A DNA stretch of 64,000 bases from Escherichia coli (GCF_029227855.1 NZ_CP074356.1), one strand, 5' to 3'. Shown: positions 17,810 through 27,474, counted from the first letter of the stretch. Numbers and translations are program-made. Notes: generated by a model not told the origin, from the sequence alone.

Positions 17810-20281
17810 ATGCCAACACCAACCCTCATCAAAACACTCGCCACTCACCGCGAAAAACCGTTCGTCAGCGTCGTCACGCCCACATGGAACCGTAGCGCAT
17901 TCCTGCCGTACCTGCTCTATATGTACCGCTATCAGGATTACCCGGCAGACCGCCGCGAACTGGTCATCCTCGACGACTCGCCGCAAAGCCATCAACACAT
18001 CATCGACCGCCTGACCAATGGCACACCGGAAGCCTTTAACATCCGCTATATTCATCACCCGGAAAAACTGCCACTGGGCAAAAAACGCAACATGCTCAAC
18101 GAACTGGCGAGCGGCGAATACATCCTCTGCATGGACGATGACGACTACTACCCGGCAGATAAAATCTCTTACGCCATCGCCATGATGCAAAAACACCGGG
18201 CGCTCATCTCCGGTTCCGACCAGATCCCCATCTGGTACAGCCACATCAATCGCATCTTCCAAAGCCGCAGCTTTGGCTCACATAACATCCTCAACGGCAC
18301 CTTTTGCTATCACCGTAACTACCTGAAAAAGCACCGTTACGACGATGATTGTAATTTAGGCGAAGAGAAAAGTTTCACCAACAATTTCAGCGTTAACCCG
18401 CTACAACTGCCCGGCGAGCGCACGATTCTGTGTATCTCGCACAGTCACAACACCTTTGATAAAGATTTTATTCTCGGGGCTAGCACGCCAGTAAACGCGG
18501 CGCTTACGGATATCGTCCGCGATCCGCTGCTGCGCAATGCTTATCTGAGTCTGCATAACGCCACTCATCACCAGGCGATCGATCAGGTCGTACTGATCAA
18601 TCTGGATAAACGCCCGGATCGCTTACAGCAGATCCGTGAAGAACTCACATTGCTGTATATTCCGCCTGAGAAGATCACCCGCCTTGCCGCCAGTGAAAAT
18701 GAAAACGGTCAACGGGGTCGCCGCCAGTCACACTTGCAGGCGCTGCGCCTGGCGCAACAGCACGGCTGGCAAAACTACCTGCTGCTGGAAGATGACGCAG
18801 TTATTCTCAAGCAGGAGAAACATATTCAGGTACTGAACACGCTGCTCGCGAGCCTGGCGAAAATTCCCTGGCAGGTGATGATCCTTGGCGGCGAAATTTC
18901 GCAGGGAACGATGCTAAAAAGTTTGCCGGGGCTGGTGCACGCGCGGGACTGCCGCAAAGTGTGCGCTTATCTGGTGAACAGTCGCTACTACCCGCAACTG
19001 GCGCAGCAGATGAGCCACAATGAACACTCGCTGGAAGACGGCTGGCAGCCGCTGCTACGCGCCGACAAATGGCTGGCCTGTTACCCGAGCCTTAGTTATC
19101 AGCGACCGGGCTTTAGTGATATCGAGAAAAAAGTGACCGACAACATTGCTCACTATTTCAATAAGTTACCCGTTATCACAAAGCCATCCGCATTACCCAT
19201 CGCCGACACCATCGGCTTTTTTATGGAAACCTCCTTCCACTACGCGCTCTACCGCCCAATCATCACTGCTCTACAGGTGCAGGGGCAGAGCTGCACGCTG
19301 GTGATCAATGACCGCGTGTTTAAACCGTTTCTTGATGAGATGCTGGAAACACTGAAAAACATCGACGATCCGCAGCTTAAAGGAATGCGCTTATCTGAAA
19401 TGCAGGCACACGGTCAGCGGGTGAAATGCCTGGTCAGCCCCTACCACACGCCCGCGCTCAATGGCCTGGCAGCGGTGAACGTTCGCGCCATGTACGGCTT
19501 AGCCAAAGAGACGTGGAACCACGCCGACTGGAACCGTTTTTATCAACGCATTTTGTGTTACAGCCACTACAGCCAGCGGGCGCTGGCGCATTTCGGCAAT
19601 GCAAAAGCAGTCGGCAACCCGCGCTTCGACGCCTGGCATAACGGCACGTTTGCCCGCACTCTGCCGGAAAATATTCAACCCGATTCCCGTAAACCTACGG
19701 TGCTCTATGCCCCCACGTTTGGCGCATTAAGCTCCCTGCCCCACTGGGCAGAAAAATTAGGCCGCTTAAGTGGCAATGTGAATCTGATTTGCAAACTGCA
19801 CCACGGCACCTGCTCGCGCCCGGAAGAAGCGGCATCGCTGGCCCTGGCGCGCAGGCATTTAAAACAGCGCACCGACTCCGCCCGCCACACGCTGGCGCTG
19901 CTGGCAAAGGCCGATTACGTGCTGACCGATAACAGCGGCTTTATTTTCGATGCTATTCACGTTGATAAGCGGGTGATCCTGCTCGACTTTCCGGGCATGG
20001 CAGCGTTGCTCGACGGTGAGAAAAGTTACTCCACGCCGGAGAGCGCCGATCAGCAAATCCGCGAAATATTGCCGGTGGCTCATGATATGGCAGAGTTGCG
20101 TTACTTGTTGTCAGAGGCGTTTGACTGGGGGGCGGTGCAGGCGCGGCTTACGAAGATTCGCCATCACTATTGCGATGCGTTTATGGATGGCAAAGCGGGA
20201 GAACGGGCGGCGATGGTGATTGTGGAGGCGCTGGCGGACAAGGAATCGTCAGGGATATGTCGATATAATTCGATTTTTTAA
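17810..20281 (+). CDS. multidomain glycosyltransferase, about 823 aa: N-terminal GT2-like, central GT25-like, C-terminal CDP-glycerol glycerophosphotransferase (TagB/TagF-like)
   Basis: ORF track (17744-20281); start set at ATG 17810 (MPTPTLIK...). N-terminus VSVVTPTWNRSAFLP...LDDSP...CMDDDDYY (DXD motif); middle VVLINLDKRPDRLQQI...LLLEDDAVI; C-terminus TVLYAPTFG...KLHHGT...VLTDNSGFIFDAIHVDKRVI. Domain calls by eye, unverified. Confidence 0.7.
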   Translation: MPTPTLIKTLATHREKPFVSVVTPTWNRSAFLPYLLYMYRYQDYPADRRELVILDDSPQSHQHIIDRLTNGTPEAFNIRYIHHPEKLPLGKKRNMLNELASGEYILCMDDDDYYPADKISYAIAMMQKHRALISGSDQIPIWYSHINRIFQSRSFGSHNILNGTFCYHRNYLKKHRYDDDCNLGEEKSFTNNFSVNPLQLPGERTILCISHSHNTFDKDFILGASTPVNAALTDIVRDPLLRNAYLSLHNATHHQAIDQVVLINLDKRPDRLQQIREELTLLYIPPEKITRLAASENENGQRGRRQSHLQALRLAQQHGWQNYLLLEDDAVILKQEKHIQVLNTLLASLAKIPWQVMILGGEISQGTMLKSLPGLVHARDCRKVCAYLVNSRYYPQLAQQMSHNEHSLEDGWQPLLRADKWLACYPSLSYQRPGFSDIEKKVTDNIAHYFNKLPVITKPSALPIADTIGFFMETSFHYALYRPIITALQVQGQSCTLVINDRVFKPFLDEMLETLKNIDDPQLKGMRLSEMQAHGQRVKCLVSPYHTPALNGLAAVNVRAMYGLAKETWNHADWNRFYQRILCYSHYSQRALAHFGNAKAVGNPRFDAWHNGTFARTLPENIQPDSRKPTVLYAPTFGALSSLPHWAEKLGRLSGNVNLICKLHHGTCSRPEEAASLALARRHLKQRTDSARHTLALLAKADYVLTDNSGFIFDAIHVDKRVILLDFPGMAALLDGEKSYSTPESADQQIREILPVAHDMAELRYLLSEAFDWGAVQARLTKIRHHYCDAFMDGKAGERAAMVIVEALADKESSGICRYNSIF

Positions 20282-20359
20282 ACATGTCGTTGGAATACGT
20301 TTATGCCATCGACATGTTTTAGGGATATGTCGAAAAAACGCGATTTTTTAAACATATTT
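20251..20359. other. structured intergenic element: two ~39-bp direct repeats bracketing a 10-bp-stem hairpin, between convergent glycosyltransferase and cytidylyltransferase genes
   Basis: Direct repeats agggatatgtcga...cgattttttaaacat at 20251-20289 and 20321-20359; inverted repeat aaacatgtcg (20280-20289) / cgacatgttt (20310-20319) with 20-nt loop. Confidence 0.6.
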
Positions 20360-20410
20360 AACATAGCCAAACGGCAGACGGCATCATCTTCTCTCACCGC
20401 GGGAATTAAA

Positions 20411-20815
20411 TCAGTAGGTGGCTGATTTACCCCTAATCACCTCAATGATCCCCGTCGTCGATACCGATGGCGTACGGGGAAAATAGACCACCTCACAGAC
20501 ACACGAGAAATCGTCAAACTTCCCCGCCCAGTCATCGCCCATCACCAAAATATCCGCACCGTACCCCCGCAAATACTCCGCTTTCTGCTCCAGCGATTCC
20601 TCCAGAAATACGCCCTCCACGCACGCCAGCCCGGCGATAATCGCCATGCGGTCATCCTGATGGTAAACCGGTGCCCTGCCCTTTTTGGCGATGTTCAAGG
20701 CATCGGACGATACGCCGACCAGCAACCGTTCGCCCAGCGTGCGGGCGCGTTGTAAAAGGCGCAGATGACCGACGTGAAACACATCAAAGGTGCCGAAGGT
20801 GATGACCGTTTTCAT
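20411..20815 (-). CDS. glycerol-3-phosphate cytidylyltransferase (TagD-like), 134 aa
   Basis: ORF track; MKTVITFGTFDVFHVGHLRLL... (HxGH motif) and ...MGDDWAGKF...CEVVYFPRT..STTGIIE closely resemble TagD-type cytidylyltransferases; last gene of the fliE-fliJ operon. Confidence 0.8.
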   Translation of the reverse strand: MKTVITFGTFDVFHVGHLRLLQRARTLGERLLVGVSSDALNIAKKGRAPVYHQDDRMAIIAGLACVEGVFLEESLEQKAEYLRGYGADILVMGDDWAGKFDDFSCVCEVVYFPRTPSVSTTGIIEVIRGKSATY

Positions 20816-20817
20816 CG

Positions 20818-21252
20818 CTACTCCGCTAATTTATGCCGTAGCCAGCACTGAACGGCAATGTCATCCACCGCTTTTTGCGCTTTCGCCGTGGCGCTTTCCT
20901 GCTGCTCGCGGCGTTTGTCGTCCAGCGTCAGGACCACCACTTTCTCTTCGCACGCCGCCGCCGTCAGGTTTTTCTGCATTCGCGTGGCTTTGATGTTAGC
21001 CAGCGTTTTTTCCTGTTCCTGCCAGGCGATCACCTTGCGCAGGGTGCCTTTGTAGCCGCTGACGTTTTTCAGTGATTCCACCGACGCCGCCGCGCCCGCA
21101 GACGTTTTCTCTACCAGGTAGCCTAACGCCTTGATATTGTTGTCATAGCCCGCGCAGATCTGTTTTTGCTTTGCCAGCTCGACAGTTTTGTCTTTGACCG
21201 ATTTATCCCGCAGGCGCTGCAACTGCGCCAGGGTGTCGATGATTTGTCGCAT
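20818..21252 (-). CDS. lfiJ: FliJ-like export apparatus protein (Flag-2 LfiJ)
   Basis: ORF track, 144 aa coiled-coil protein downstream of fliI. Confidence 0.65.
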   Translation of the reverse strand: MRQIIDTLAQLQRLRDKSVKDKTVELAKQKQICAGYDNNIKALGYLVEKTSAGAAASVESLKNVSGYKGTLRKVIAWQEQEKTLANIKATRMQKNLTAAACEEKVVVLTLDDKRREQQESATAKAQKAVDDIAVQCWLRHKLAE

Positions 21253-21254
21253 GG

Positions 21255-22592
21255 TTACTGTTCTGCCTTTTTGGCACCAGGAAAGAGGATTTGCAGGCGG
21301 CTTTGCACCAGTTCCAGGGAGGCGGGTTCGCGCATCTCCTGGCGCAAAAATCGCTCGATAGCCGGGAACATTTTTACCGCTTTGTCGACGCTGGCGTCGG
21401 CACCTGCCACGTAGCCGCCGAGCGGGATCAGCGGTTTGATCTCCATATACGCGGCGTAGTTTTGCTTTAACGCACGGGCGGATTGCTGATGTTCCAGGCT
21501 GGTCACCTGATTCATGCAGCGGCTGATCGACTGGCCGATATCAATGGCCGGATAGTGCCCCGCTTCCGCCAGTTTGCGGGTTAATACGATATGCCCGTCC
21601 AGCACCGCACGGGCGCAGTCGACAATCGGATCTTGCTGGTCGTCGCCTTCCGCCAGCACGGTGTAGATTGCGGTCATCGATCCCGTGCTTTCGTTGTTGC
21701 CTGCGCTTTCGACCAGCTTGGGGATCATGCCGAATGCCGATGGCGGATAACCTTTGGTGGCGGGCGGTTCGCCGAGCGAGAGGGCAATTTCCCGCTGCGC
21801 CATCGCGTAGCGGGTCAGGGAATCCACCAGCAGTAAAACGTGATGCCCACGGTCGCGAAACCAGGCGGCGATGGAGTGGCACAGTTCGGTGGCTTTCAGG
21901 CGCATCAGCGGCGATTCATCGGCGGGCGCGACAACAACGATAGACTTTGCCAGCCCGTCCGCGCCCAGCGAGTGGTCGATAAACTCTTTCACTTCGCGCC
22001 CGCGTTCGCCAATCAGCCCGACCACCACAATGCCGGCTTTGGTCTGGCGGGTGATCATCCCCAGCAGCACGCTTTTCCCGACGCCACTGCCCGCCATCAG
22101 CCCGACGCGCTGGCCTTTGCCGATGGTCAGTAGGCCGTTGATCGCTTTCACGCCCACGTCCAGCGGTTCGTCCACTGAACGGCGGGTTAAGGGATTAACC
22201 GAGGGCGGTAGCGGCGGCAGAAGGTCGTTGCCGTTCAGGCGGCCTTTGCCATCCAGCGGTTCGCCGAGGCCATTCACCACGCGGCCTAACCAGCTTTCGC
22301 CAATCAGGATGTCGTGGGCTTTTTCTTCCGGGAAGACGCGCGCCCCCGCCATCAGGCCGACCGGCTGTTTAAAGGGCATTAAGTAGGTGATATCGCGATT
22401 AAAGCCCACGGCCTGCGCGTCGATAAGCGTGTGATTGGCGCTTTCGATGCGGCACAGCTGCCCGGTCATTAGCGGGCAGCCGACACTCTCCAGCAGGATG
22501 CCGTTTAGGCGCACCAGCCGCCCGGCGACGCGGGCCAGCGGGATCGACTCCAGCGAGCGCAGCGCGTTATCGAAAGCGGAAAAATCACTCAC
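21255..22592 (-). CDS. lfiI: flagellar export ATPase FliI (Flag-2 LfiI)
   Basis: ORF track, 445 aa; Walker A GSGVGKS and F1/T3SS-ATPase-like sequence. Confidence 0.9.
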   Translation of the reverse strand: MSDFSAFDNALRSLESIPLARVAGRLVRLNGILLESVGCPLMTGQLCRIESANHTLIDAQAVGFNRDITYLMPFKQPVGLMAGARVFPEEKAHDILIGESWLGRVVNGLGEPLDGKGRLNGNDLLPPLPPSVNPLTRRSVDEPLDVGVKAINGLLTIGKGQRVGLMAGSGVGKSVLLGMITRQTKAGIVVVGLIGERGREVKEFIDHSLGADGLAKSIVVVAPADESPLMRLKATELCHSIAAWFRDRGHHVLLLVDSLTRYAMAQREIALSLGEPPATKGYPPSAFGMIPKLVESAGNNESTGSMTAIYTVLAEGDDQQDPIVDCARAVLDGHIVLTRKLAEAGHYPAIDIGQSISRCMNQVTSLEHQQSARALKQNYAAYMEIKPLIPLGGYVAGADASVDKAVKMFPAIERFLRQEMREPASLELVQSRLQILFPGAKKAEQ

Positions 22593-23295
22593 CCTGAGAC
22601 TCCGGCGTTAGGGTTTCTTTCAGTGCGGTCATGCACTGTTCCAGGCGATGCTCGCAGCCGATATCCAGTTCTGATTTATCAGTGATCACCCGGCATTCCC
22701 CCGGCGGCAGATCCGGCGAAGGCGTCAGCCCCCATTCACTGACCTTTTCCGGCACCGCGTCGCGCAGGCGGTTAAATTCTTCCGTGCTCAGCATTACTTG
22801 CAGGGTCTCCGGCATCGCCGGGAAGGCCGCCAGTGCCTCTTCCACCAGCGCCAGCAACTGCGTCGGTTGCAGCGCCAGTTCGCAGCGGATCACCTGGCGG
22901 GTGACTTTTTCCACCAGTTGCAACAAATCTTCCCGCTGTTTACGTTCGATATGGGCGAGGAAGTCGTTCACTTTTCCGGTGATGGCTTCCAGCGGCTGCG
23001 CCGCCTCAACAAACTGTTTGCGCCCTTCATGCTGCCCGGCGAGGCTGCCTTCGGTGTAACCCTGGCGTCGCCCCTCGGCAAAACCTTGCTGATGACCTTC
23101 GCTAAAGCCCTGCTCCTGACCTTCGGTCATTCCCTGAGCAAAGCCTTTTTGCAGCCCTTCCTGAAAACCGTCCATCAACTGGCGCTGGTAATCGGCGGCG
23201 CTGATGCTGGCGGTGAGCGGTTCTCCGGTCACCGCACGCTGGCGCGGCGGGAAACGATGCAGGCGATAGCGCCCGCGCAGTGTTTCAATGGTCAT
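22585..23295 (-). CDS. lfiH: FliH export regulator (Flag-2 LfiH)
   Basis: ORF track, 236 aa; contains GFxEG-type repeats (GFQEGLQKGFAQGMTEGQEQGFSEGHQQGFAEG) typical of FliH; overlaps the fliI start. Confidence 0.7.
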   Translation of the reverse strand: MTIETLRGRYRLHRFPPRQRAVTGEPLTASISAADYQRQLMDGFQEGLQKGFAQGMTEGQEQGFSEGHQQGFAEGRRQGYTEGSLAGQHEGRKQFVEAAQPLEAITGKVNDFLAHIERKQREDLLQLVEKVTRQVIRCELALQPTQLLALVEEALAAFPAMPETLQVMLSTEEFNRLRDAVPEKVSEWGLTPSPDLPPGECRVITDKSELDIGCEHRLEQCMTALKETLTPESQGE

Positions 23296-23298
23296 GGG

Positions 23299-24309
23299 TT
23301 ACTCCGCCGTCTGTTCCGCAAAGAGCTGTAGCTGAATTTCGCCCGCCTCTTCCAGTTCACGGGCGATGCCCATGATTTCGCGGCGGATCTGTTCGATACG
23401 GCTGACCGGTACCGGCCCCAGACGCGCGGTAATGGCTTCCAGTTGCTGCGCCTGACGTTTTGGCATTACCGCGTAAATCGAGCGGCGCAGCAGGGCTTCG
23501 GTGCCTTTCAGCGCCACCGCCCAGTCTTCCATCGGCACTTCGTCAAGCAGACGTCGACGCACCTCTTCGTTCTGGCGGCTGAGGATAAAGAAGTCGTACA
23601 TCTCATCCTGAAGCTGCTCCAGCACCTCTTCGTCGCGCTCGCGCATCTGGTCGAGGATCACCTGCTGGTTGCCCTGGAAGCGGTTGACGATATCCGCCGC
23701 CTGTTTGATGCCTTTCACCTTCGAGCCGTGTTCCGAAAGCACCGACAGGCCGCGTTCGATCAGCCTGTCCAGTTCATCCACCACGTCGCGGTTGACGTCG
23801 TTGAGTTTCGCCACCCGATAGAGAATTTCGTTTTGCACCGATTCATTGAGATACGAGAGCACCGCCGCCGAGATTTCCGGCGTCAGAAACGCGAGGAACA
23901 CCGCCTGCAATTGCAGATGCTCTTCGGAAATCAGCATCGCTAACTGGCGCGGTTCCACCCATTGCAGGCGCGCCATCCGCGAGCGGATCTCATCGCCGTA
24001 GATGCCATTGATCACGCTGCTGGCGATCTCGGTGCCGAGGGCTTTGTTAAGAATGCCCTGCAACATGGATCGCGATGCGCCGTTGATCCCGCTCTGTTCG
24101 CGGAACTCGTCAAAGAAGTTATTGATCACTTTGCGCGCCATGCTGGTTTTAACGCCGGAAAGCCGCGCCATGTTTTCGCTCAGGCGCACCACTTCTTCGC
24201 GGCTGAGTTTTTGCATCACCGTCGCCGCCGCTTCTTCGCCAAGGCACAGCAGCAGGATCGCCGCCTGTTCCAGGTAGCTGTTGCTCTTATTTGTTGTCAA
24301 TTCGCTCAT
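23299..24309 (-). CDS. lfiG: rotor/switch protein FliG (Flag-2 LfiG)
   Basis: ORF track, 336 aa; FliG family by eye; overlaps the fliF end. Confidence 0.85.
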   Translation of the reverse strand: MSELTTNKSNSYLEQAAILLLCLGEEAAATVMQKLSREEVVRLSENMARLSGVKTSMARKVINNFFDEFREQSGINGASRSMLQGILNKALGTEIASSVINGIYGDEIRSRMARLQWVEPRQLAMLISEEHLQLQAVFLAFLTPEISAAVLSYLNESVQNEILYRVAKLNDVNRDVVDELDRLIERGLSVLSEHGSKVKGIKQAADIVNRFQGNQQVILDQMRERDEEVLEQLQDEMYDFFILSRQNEEVRRRLLDEVPMEDWAVALKGTEALLRRSIYAVMPKRQAQQLEAITARLGPVPVSRIEQIRREIMGIARELEEAGEIQLQLFAEQTAE

Positions 24310-25933
24310 TGCTGGTGATCCATTGTCTGAGAACTTCGGCTACGCGATCGGTGTCGCTCATGGCCAGTTTTTGCAGGAACTCGAGTTTCACTTCGAGGCC
24401 GGAACTCTGGGACGGCAGGCTGTCATCGCCGGGCAGCGACGGCAGGTCGACGTTTTTGCGCTCCTCTTCCGGCATGGCAATCCACGGTTCGCTGACAGCT
24501 TCCGGTTCTGGTGTGATAACCGGCGCACGCACCGCCGTCAGGCGTTTCATTACCGGGCGCACCACAAAGAACAGCAACAACAGCGCCAGCAGGCCGCAGC
24601 CAATCAGGCGTACCCAGGCCAGCACGCTGTCATCTTTCCACAGCGGAATAATTGGTTCGACCGGCACCGCCTGCGGGACAAAGTTAAGCAGCGATAAGGT
24701 GAGATTGTCACCGCGCTGGACGTCGATCCCGGCGGCATTGTTCAGCAACGCGGTCAGTTGCGCAGTCTGCTCCGGCTTCCAGTTTTTCAGCGCCGGGGCG
24801 TTTTGATTGAGCACCACCGCCACGTTGAGGCGTTTCACCGCAAAACCAGGATGCTGAATATGCTGGACGCTGCGGTCGTAAGAGTAATCGCGCTTGCTTT
24901 CGCTGTGTTTGGATAACGCTTCCGGTGAGCGGTTTTCTTCCGTACCGTTGGTCATCTGATTCGCCGCAACTGGCGGACGGTTGCTGAGTGAACCGGGCAC
25001 GCCCATCGCCACCTGATTGGTGTCGCTGTCCAGCACGCTCTCTTCGCGGTTGATTTTCGGCGCGTCGCCGTAGTGTTCCTGGGTTTCGTCGATGGTACTG
25101 AGGTCGAGATCCGGCATCACGCTGACGCGGTAATTCCCCGTACCAACCAGCGAATCCAGCACGTTCGCCACGCTGGCGCGGGTTTTGTCCTGAATATCTT
25201 TGAGGATCTGATCGCGTTTACGGGTTGCGGCAGAAACCGCCTCGCCTGCGCCAATGCCGTCGGTCAGCAGATTTCCCGCCTGATCGACGACGCTGACTTT
25301 GCTGGCCTGTAGCCCCGGAATACTGCCGGACACCAGATGCATAATGGCGTTGACCTGGTCCATATTCAGCTTCGCGCCATAGTGCAGGCGCACCACTACC
25401 GAGGCGCTGTTTTGTGGCTCATCGCTGACCACAAACGAGCTTTCTTCGTTGAGCGCCAGATGCACCCGTGCGCTCTCCACCGCGTCCAGCGACATAATGC
25501 TCTGCGCCAGCTCCCCTTCGAGGCTGCGTTTGTAGCGCACGTTCTGCACGAACTGGCTGCTGCCGAGCACTTCGTCTTTGTCCATCAGCTCGTAGCCGCT
25601 GGGCAATATCGCCTGCACACCTTTGGCGGCAAGGGTCATGCGCGTTTTCGACAGTTCACCTTCCGGCACCAGTATCTGCCCGCTCTGCGGGTCGATGCGA
25701 TAGCTGAGCTTTTCGCCGTCCAGCACGGTGACAATCTGCGACACGGGCAGATTTTCCTGGCGTCCGTAGAGCGAGACGTAGCCGCGATTACCGGTCCACA
25801 GCACACTAACGATAATCGCCGTTGCCGCCACGGCAAGCCCCACTCCCGCCATCAACGCCCAGCGTTTGTTATCTGCGAGGCGCAGTCGAAACGCCGGAAA
25901 CGCCTGGGTTAACTTCTTTATTTGTGCATTCAT
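24287..25933 (-). CDS. lfiF: MS-ring protein FliF (Flag-2 LfiF)
   Basis: ORF track, 548 aa; N-terminal TM segment, FliF family. Confidence 0.9.
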   Translation of the reverse strand: MNAQIKKLTQAFPAFRLRLADNKRWALMAGVGLAVAATAIIVSVLWTGNRGYVSLYGRQENLPVSQIVTVLDGEKLSYRIDPQSGQILVPEGELSKTRMTLAAKGVQAILPSGYELMDKDEVLGSSQFVQNVRYKRSLEGELAQSIMSLDAVESARVHLALNEESSFVVSDEPQNSASVVVRLHYGAKLNMDQVNAIMHLVSGSIPGLQASKVSVVDQAGNLLTDGIGAGEAVSAATRKRDQILKDIQDKTRASVANVLDSLVGTGNYRVSVMPDLDLSTIDETQEHYGDAPKINREESVLDSDTNQVAMGVPGSLSNRPPVAANQMTNGTEENRSPEALSKHSESKRDYSYDRSVQHIQHPGFAVKRLNVAVVLNQNAPALKNWKPEQTAQLTALLNNAAGIDVQRGDNLTLSLLNFVPQAVPVEPIIPLWKDDSVLAWVRLIGCGLLALLLLFFVVRPVMKRLTAVRAPVITPEPEAVSEPWIAMPEEERKNVDLPSLPGDDSLPSQSSGLEVKLEFLQKLAMSDTDRVAEVLRQWITSNERIDNK

Positions 25934-25937
25934 AGGG

Positions 25938-26279
25938 TTAGATCGACATACTCATCAGATCGTTAAATCCGGTGGCGATTTTGTTGCGCACCTGCACCAG
26001 CGCGGAGAACGAGAGCGACGCCTGCTGGCTGGCGATCATCGCACCTGCCAGGTCATCACTTTTGCCCGTGTCGACAGCCGTTTGCTGCTGCTCTGCCACC
26101 TGCTGGAACTGGTCTACGTGACCGAGCGCGCCACTCATAATGCGGTTAAACGAAACGTCAGGATTGGTGGAACTGAAGGTCATGGCGGGCAGCACCGGCG
26201 CCTGGGCGTTGGCCTGCATCCGCTGCACGTCCTGCATGATTTGCGCCTGCATGGTGCTGTTGATTGTGGTAATGCTCAT
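25938..26279 (-). CDS. lfiE: hook-basal body protein FliE (Flag-2 LfiE)
   Basis: ORF track, 113 aa; position upstream of fliF; FliE-like C-terminus. Confidence 0.75.
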   Translation of the reverse strand: MSITTINSTMQAQIMQDVQRMQANAQAPVLPAMTFSSTNPDVSFNRIMSGALGHVDQFQQVAEQQQTAVDTGKSDDLAGAMIASQQASLSFSALVQVRNKIATGFNDLMSMSI

Positions 26280-26293
26280 TTTTAACTTCCGGG

Positions 26294-27280
26294 TCAGGAG
26301 AAAACTTCGATACCTTGCTTGCGCATGGAGGCCAGTCGATAGCGCAGTGCGCGCGGGGTAATGCCTAACAGGTTGGCGATTTTGCTGCGGTTGCCCTGAT
26401 ATTTACGCATCAGGTCGGCGATATATTGATATTGCGCGCTTCGTCCGTGCTGGCCTAAATCGCAGGTTTCAGCAATGTGGACGGCGGGCTGAACAGGCCA
26501 TTGCAGTTCGCTGCGGTCGGCAACGTCCGTTTCCGGCAGGCCTAAGGCGTCCGGGTAAATTACGCCGTCGCGGTTTAAAATCATTCCCCGCTGAATGGCG
26601 TTCTCCAGCTGGCGCACGTTGCCGGGCCAGCGGTAATTGAGCAGCGCCCGGCGGGTAGATTCTGAAAGGGTGATATTTTTCACCAGCACCGTGGAGTATT
26701 TTTTAATAAATGACTCTGCCAGCGGAATAATATCGTTCAGACGTTCACGCAGCGGCGGCATGGTAATAGGGATTACCGCAAGACGATAATAGAGATCTTC
26801 ACGAAAACGCCCTTCGGCGACTTCCTGCTCAAGGTTTTTATTGGTACAGGCAATCAGGCGAAAATTGAGTTTAATTTGTCGGTTGCTGCCTAATCGCTCA
26901 ACCTGCTGTTCCTGCAATACGCGTAATATTTTGACCTGTAGCGCCAGCGGCATATCGCCAATTTCATCGAGCAATAAGGAGCCGTTATTCGCCAGTTCCA
27001 TTTTTCCTGGCACGCTGGCAATTGCGCCGGTAAATGCACCTTTGTCGTAGCCAAATAAGGTAGATTCCAGCATATTTTCCGGGATCGCCGCGCAGTTCAC
27101 GCCGACATAGGGTGCGCTTTCATTTTCACCAAAGGCTACGGTGTGAATATATTTTGCCACGCACTCTTTGCCCGCGCCGGTTTCGCCCTGAATGAGCACC
27201 GGCACGTTAAAGGCGGCGACACGCTTTGCCAGAGTAAAAGCGTTAATGCTGGAAGCGGCAGTTGCAATAAGTTCAGACAT
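26294..27280 (-). CDS. lafK: sigma54-dependent transcriptional activator without receiver domain (LafK-like)
   Basis: ORF track, 328 aa; AAA+ sigma54-interaction domain (GETGAGKE Walker A, GAFTGA-type loop) and C-terminal HTH; divergent from the fliM operon. Confidence 0.85.
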   Translation of the reverse strand: MSELIATAASSINAFTLAKRVAAFNVPVLIQGETGAGKECVAKYIHTVAFGENESAPYVGVNCAAIPENMLESTLFGYDKGAFTGAIASVPGKMELANNGSLLLDEIGDMPLALQVKILRVLQEQQVERLGSNRQIKLNFRLIACTNKNLEQEVAEGRFREDLYYRLAVIPITMPPLRERLNDIIPLAESFIKKYSTVLVKNITLSESTRRALLNYRWPGNVRQLENAIQRGMILNRDGVIYPDALGLPETDVADRSELQWPVQPAVHIAETCDLGQHGRSAQYQYIADLMRKYQGNRSKIANLLGITPRALRYRLASMRKQGIEVFS

Positions 27281-27432
27281 AGGGTGAACGATATAAGTAG
27301 CGACAGAAAACAGGATGTTCTGAAGCGTATCACCGGCGGGATTAACAAGTTCGAATTAAACGATAATAAAAATATTATTTGATGGTAAACAATGAGTTAG
27401 ATATTAATACTGTTAATTGCGACATCTGTGAT

Positions 27433-27474
27433 GCCCCCTCACCCTAACCCTCTCCCCGGATGGGGCTAGGGGAC
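27433..27474. repeat. GC-rich imperfect palindromic intergenic repeat, copy B (inverted relative to copy A)
   Basis: gccccctcaccctaaccctctccccggatggggctaggggac aligns with the reverse complement of 17718-17753, with small insertions. Confidence 0.6.

Noticed and set aside
20251-20359. CRISPR array (also considered for the GAGTCA repeat at 63112-63153)
   Set aside because: Only two imperfect direct repeats with no spacer-repeat periodicity in the first case; the second is a 6-bp coding microsatellite.
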